A stretch of DNA of 64,000 bases, from the NCBI GenBank assembly GCA_032718475.1, contig JAUCBJ010006460.1:1-64000 (forward strand), given 5' to 3'. Below, in pieces: positions 62,608-64,000 of this stretch (position 1 is its first letter; each line of letters starts with the position of its first letter). Under the pieces are notes generated by a model. It had not been told where the DNA came from, did not search any database, and saw nothing but the letters and a program-made list of their open reading frames with translations. The position numbers and the translations under genes were made by a program. The DNA is from Nemertoderma westbladi. Its lineage: Eukaryota > Animalia > Xenacoelomorpha.

Positions 62608-64000
62608 CCCTATTAGTACCGGGCTATAAAATGTTGTACAAATACCGGGGGGGGGGGGGGGGGGTCATATTGACCCCACCCCCCCCACCCCCCCCCCTCT
62701 AAAATCTACAAATATTTACGAAAACGTCTGATTTTTTTGTTTGTACGTAGGTATCACTTGTCTGGATCCGACCGAAAAAAAAATTTTCGAAAAAATGTAC
62801 TGGGGTGGTTATATTGCAGCACCAAAATTACAAGTAGTGCACAATTTTCACAAAATTTGAAAGTTACATTTTCGGCTAATTATTTTTCAATACAGGTTTT
62901 CTGGGGTGCAAAATACATTGGAAAATATTTAAAAATGATATGATTACTATAAATGGCTGTTTAGTCCTCTCTGCGTAGGAAAAAAATGAAAAAAACAAGT
63001 AACCAGCACTTTTCAGTTAGAACACAAAATTTTTAATTCACTTATACGATGCTATAAATTCACATTTTCAGGTTTTCGAGGGCGCTGATTCTAATGGAAT
63101 ACATTTCTAATATGCCAGATCATTGCTACTTGTATTTTTCGGCGTAATTTGGCAAATTTTGGTGCTAGCACCAAATTTCGTACCCATCACCAAAAAGTAC
63201 AAGTTTGCGATGTCCAGTGCTGTTTTTATTGATTCCATCGGATTCAGGACCCTCATAAACCCGTATAACGCAAGAAACAAGGTGATACTATCTACTTATC
63301 AATTTGCATATTTTCCAAAATTTGGTGCTGGCACAACAATTTTCACCCACCGGCGAAAAATACAAGTTTGAGAACTCTTATGAAATTTTTACTGATTCCA
63401 TTGAATTCAGAACCATCACAAACCCGTATAACGCAAGAAACAAGGTGACACAATCAATTGATATATTTGATGGTTTTCAAAATTTGGTGCTAGCACCACA
63501 TTTTGCACCCACATCCGAAAAATACAAGTTTGAGATGTCTAGTTCGATAATTATATTTTCCATTGAATTCAGAACAGCCATAAACCTCTAAAACGCAAGA
63601 AATAAATTGTCACAAGCAATTTTATCTATTGAATGGATTTTCAAAATTTCGTGCTAGCACCAAAATTTGCACACAGCACCGAAAAATACAAGTTTGATAC
63701 GCTTGGTGCAACTCGTATATATTTCATCGAATCCAGAACCCCAAAAAACCCCAATTGCGTAAAAAACAAGTTTCAAACAATCAATTTACAAAATTGACTT
63801 ATTTCAAAATTTGGTGCTGGCACCAAAATTTGGCACCCACCGAAAAAAACAAGTTTGAAATTTCTAAATCAATTTATATGAATTCCATCCAATTTCTAAC
63901 ACCAAAAAACCGGTGTAAATCAAAAATAGAGATGTTACAATTCATATTTAATGAAATGTAATTTTCAAAAAACGTCTCAAAAAAAGTGCCAAAAGTAGGG
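62608..64000 (+). mobile_element. piggyBac-type MITE, copy 3 (runs off the window)
   Basis: TTAA|CCCTATTAGTACC; near-identical to copies 1 and 2. Confidence 0.88.

Overview
AT-rich eukaryotic (probably invertebrate animal) window with no recognisable host gene; almost all of it is nested, mostly decayed transposable elements. Terminal repeats and target-site duplications (TSDs) resolve the nesting. A long-LTR retrotransposon (388-34936, TSD GTTGG) has an AcademX DNA transposon (1130-24056) in its 3' LTR. The Academ in turn holds a BEL/Pao element, a Nin/Deu-type SINE, a Kolobok element (carrying a piggyBac-type MITE and a 5'-inverted RTE-like LINE) and another MITE with its own nested TIR element. 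Further right are a third BEL/Pao element, a non-autonomous Kolobok-like element, a 33-bp satellite, a short-LTR family (three copies) and a second copy of the first BEL family. Main observation: three diverged LTR families (four copies) carry a large accessory ORF at the env position. It encodes a WRN/EXD/Mut-7-like DEDD 3'-5' exonuclease domain followed by CCHC zinc knuckles. Family-specific RNA hairpins recur in this ORF and its 3' UTR (YGCG tetraloop in two families, with covarying stems). All three visible 5' LTRs lack a TGG primer-binding site, and one family has a tRNA-like Pol III cassette in U3. All calls are by eye; no searches were run.
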